From Eubacteriales bacterium (GTDB lineage: Bacteria; Bacillota; Clostridia; Oscillospirales; QAKW01): 64,000 nt of DNA. The notes beneath the pieces were generated by a model. It saw nothing but the letters and a program-made list of their open reading frames with translations. It ran no database searches and had not been told where the DNA came from. The position numbers were made by a program, and so were the translations under genes. This document shows positions 61,572-64,000 of the stretch, piece after piece (the stretch's first letter is position 1; every line of letters begins with the position of its first letter). The stretch spans positions 20,779 through 84,778 of the forward strand of contig JAZODI010000029.1 of assembly GCA_045596965.1 (NCBI GenBank), in the 5' to 3' direction.

Positions 61572-62928
61572 ATTTATTCCGTAATTTAAAGATCGCTTGG
61601 GACACAGAAGAAACTTTAATGATCTCGATTCCATCGATAGTTTCGGAAATCTTATTTCTGCTCGGAACCATGATGCGCGAAAAACCTAATTTTTGCGCCT
61701 CTTTAATTCGTTTTTCAATAAAAGAAACGGCGCGAATCTCGCCTGATAGACCAATTTCACCCACCGCAATAAGATCTCCCGGCATTTCAAAATCCGAAAA
61801 ACCGGAAGCAAGTGCCAAAACAATGGCTAGATCCGCAGCAGTTTCCAAAACACGAAAACCGCCCACAACATTAACATAGGCATCCTGATTATAAAGCGCA
61901 AAGTTTGCCCGTTTTTCCAAAACAGCAATCAAGAGTGCCATGCGGTTAAAATCGATGCCGCTTGCCATACGGCGCGGAACCGGATAGCTCGTTTTGGAAA
62001 CAAGCGCCTGAATCTCCGCTAAAACGGGGCGGGTCCCTTCCAGAATACATGTAACGCATGTCCCCGGTACATTTTCGGGGCGGCCTTCCAAAAACATTTT
62101 AGAAGGATTATCCACCTCTTTCAGGCCTCCGTTCTGCATATCAAATACGCCGATTTCGTTGGTGGATCCGAAGCGGTTTTTAACTGTTCGCAATATGCGA
62201 TAATTAAGATTTTTATCTCCTTCAAAATATAAAACCGTATCGACCATATGTTCCAAAACCTTCGGACCCGCAAGAGCCCCTTCTTTAGTTACATGACCAA
62301 TAATAAATACGGTTATCCCCTGCTCCTTTGCCAGATGCATAAATGCTGCAGTTGCTTCCTTGATCTGGGAAACACTTCCGGGCGTTCCGGAGACATGATC
62401 ACTTACCATTGTTTGAACCGAATCGACGATCAGAATATCGGGAGATTTAACAGAACAGGTGGCCAGAATACTTTCCACGTTTGTCTCGCAGGCAAGGTAA
62501 AGATTTTGGGTATCCACCTTTAGGCGCTCTGCCCGAAGCTTGATCTGACTCATGGACTCTTCGCCTGAAACATAAAGAACTACCTTATCATTCCCAAGAT
62601 GCTGGCAGATCTGCAAAAGCAGGGTTGATTTACCGATTCCCGGGTCACCGCCAACGAGAGTTAGAGAACCGACCACCAATCCTCCGCCGAGAACACGGTC
62701 CAATTCCTTTAAACCGGTTGAAAAACGCAACTCACTTCCGCCTTTGATTTCCCCGATCGGTTTGATCTCCGAAGCGACAGCATTTGAACCCGTCGCTTTA
62801 TTCGCCCCGGTATGAACGACCTTTTCCTCCATTGTGCTCCACTCGCGGCAATGAGGGCATTGGCCAAACCATTTAGGACTTTCATATCCGCACTCGGTGC
62901 AGACAAACAGCTGCTTGATCTTTGCCAT
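61570..62928 (-). CDS. radA: DNA repair protein RadA/Sms
   Basis: 452 aa. Zn finger 'CTECGYESPKWFGQCPHC', Walker A 'GGDPGIGKST', 'KNRFG', Lon-like C-terminus. Confidence 0.95.
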   Translation of the reverse strand: MAKIKQLFVCTECGYESPKWFGQCPHCREWSTMEEKVVHTGANKATGSNAVASEIKPIGEIKGGSELRFSTGLKELDRVLGGGLVVGSLTLVGGDPGIGKSTLLLQICQHLGNDKVVLYVSGEESMSQIKLRAERLKVDTQNLYLACETNVESILATCSVKSPDILIVDSVQTMVSDHVSGTPGSVSQIKEATAAFMHLAKEQGITVFIIGHVTKEGALAGPKVLEHMVDTVLYFEGDKNLNYRILRTVKNRFGSTNEIGVFDMQNGGLKEVDNPSKMFLEGRPENVPGTCVTCILEGTRPVLAEIQALVSKTSYPVPRRMASGIDFNRMALLIAVLEKRANFALYNQDAYVNVVGGFRVLETAADLAIVLALASGFSDFEMPGDLIAVGEIGLSGEIRAVSFIEKRIKEAQKLGFSRIMVPSRNKISETIDGIEIIKVSSVSQAIFKLRNK

Positions 62929-62987
62929 AAATACGAACCGCCTTTTTAAATCTTATAGCATTATTCTACATGAATTTTACTTCAAAG

Positions 62988-63689
62988 TCAACCTTGGCTC
63001 ATGAGGACAGAAGCAATGATTTCGGCTAATTTGTTTTGATATTCCTCATCCTTTAGTTTTTTCAGTTCTTCCCCATTGGAAATAAACCCACATTCGATCA
63101 AAATAGACGGGTTTTGAATATGGGAAAACAAATAAATATTTTTGGAGATCGGCTTGATTACCTTTGCATTATCGGGTTGGATTTGCTGATTGAAGGCTTC
63201 TTGAAGCGATTGTGCTATCGTTCTGGCCTTTTCGTCACCATCCCCATAAAAAATCTGAATGCCATGGACATTACTATTTGGGTATGTATTCATGTGAATG
63301 CTTACAAACGGAACATCCGTGGCTTCGTTTGCAATCGTAATCCGCTGACGAACATCCGAAACTTTTTTAGCGTGGATGGTCTCCCCTTCAGTGAAAATAC
63401 TGTTATTATCCAAGCGGGTTTGCTTGAAAGATACCTTGTTCTTTTTCAGGATTTCTCCGACTTTCAATGAGATTGAAAGATTTAGCTCCTGCTCCGTTGT
63501 TCCATCGACGCCAACCGCTCCCCCATCAGGTATCCCATGCCCGGCATCAATAATATATTGAATCTGCTTGTTCGATGTATTTTGAAACATGTTAAAATAC
63601 GGTAATTTAGATGCAACTGCAGTAAAAACCAGGCAGATACTAAAAACAGCGACAATACCCTTTAATTTATTCAGCAACAATACGATCAC
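62988..63689 (-). CDS. cwlD: N-acetylmuramoyl-L-alanine amidase, CwlD-like (germination-specific)
   Basis: 233 aa. N-terminal anchor, 'IIDAGHGIPDGGAVG', 'SIHMN', 'ILIECGFISN'. Confidence 0.8.
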   Translation of the reverse strand: MIVLLLNKLKGIVAVFSICLVFTAVASKLPYFNMFQNTSNKQIQYIIDAGHGIPDGGAVGVDGTTEQELNLSISLKVGEILKKNKVSFKQTRLDNNSIFTEGETIHAKKVSDVRQRITIANEATDVPFVSIHMNTYPNSNVHGIQIFYGDGDEKARTIAQSLQEAFNQQIQPDNAKVIKPISKNIYLFSHIQNPSILIECGFISNGEELKKLKDEEYQNKLAEIIASVLMSQG

Positions 63690-63724
63690 CTCTTGATACT
63701 ATATGAGAAGATCGTGGACATTAT

Positions 63725-63758
63725 GAAAACAGGCGTGGCTAAAGCCACGCCTGTTTTC
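63725..63758. terminator. hairpin terminator
   Basis: 15-bp stem 'gaaaacaggcgtggc'/'gccacgcctgttttc'. Confidence 0.75.
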
Positions 63759-64000
63759 ATTTTTCAAATTTCTTATAAATCTTGACCAAGAGATCCAAAA
63801 CAATAAAATTCTTATAGCCGGCGATATAACCGATCCAAGGAATAAGGATCATCGGGACGAAACCCAAGGGCAAAAAGAACGCCTGGTGATTGGGGAAAAT
63901 ATTTCTCATAGGCCAGGCCCAATACATATTTCCAATCTTATAACAAAATTCAACAGCAGGAGACTTTGTTGATAGATAAACAATATATAAAACAATTATC
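63757..64000 (-). CDS. 3' end of a membrane protein gene running off the window
   Basis: Minus-strand frame is open from the window edge to the TGA at 63757-63759. It encodes '...YWAWPMRNIFPNHQAFFLPLGFVPMILIPWIGYIAGYKNFIVLDLLVKIYKKFEK'. Confidence 0.45.
   Translation of the reverse strand, partial: IIVLYIVYLSTKSPAVEFCYKIGNMYWAWPMRNIFPNHQAFFLPLGFVPMILIPWIGYIAGYKNFIVLDLLVKIYKKFEK

Overview
64-kb chromosomal window from a low/medium-GC, spore-forming Firmicute of class Clostridia. Cohesin/dockerin modules and gene order suggest a Ruminococcus/Oscillospiraceae-like organism, but that is inference only.

Layout:
1. 1-33.0 kb: dense, mostly co-directional housekeeping block. Genes in order: rpsF-ssb-rpsR, uvrBA, cwlJ-like/gerQ, yicC-remA-gmk-rpoZ-priA-def-fmt-rsmB-rlmN-stp-prkC-rsgA-thiN, nusB-xseAB-ispA-dxs-tlyA-nadK-argR-recN, rplU-prp-rpmA-obg, hslO.
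2. 33.1-33.4 kb: tRNA-Asp/Phe/Cys cluster.
3. 33.4-39.4 kb: visibly AT-rich accessory island. It holds an IS3-type transposase, a lone 862-aa NACHT/STAND NTPase (candidate antiphage sensor with unassignable N- and C-terminal domains) and a small XRE regulator. It also holds orphan consensus promoters with structured leaders and an unusual nested inverted 10-mer/mini-hairpin array.
4. 39.5-48.8 kb: cobalamin-riboswitch-led operon. It encodes secreted transcobalamin-like modules (alpha/alpha-toroid protein plus DUF4430 lipoprotein), a cohesin/dockerin pair, an ECF T component and an EcfA-EcfA'-S triple fusion.
5. 49.2-50.3 kb: pepP.
6. 50.3-57.0 kb: integrated filamentous (inovirus-like) prophage with canonical Rep/coat/Zot gene order, a lysogeny switch and a 20-bp-periodic iteron array.
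7. 57.2-64 kb: sigK, a short aspartokinase plus an ACT protein, ytvI, an HD hydrolase, radA, cwlD.

No rRNA gene and no CRISPR array were seen. All calls come from reading the sequence and ORF translations; no database search or computation was run.
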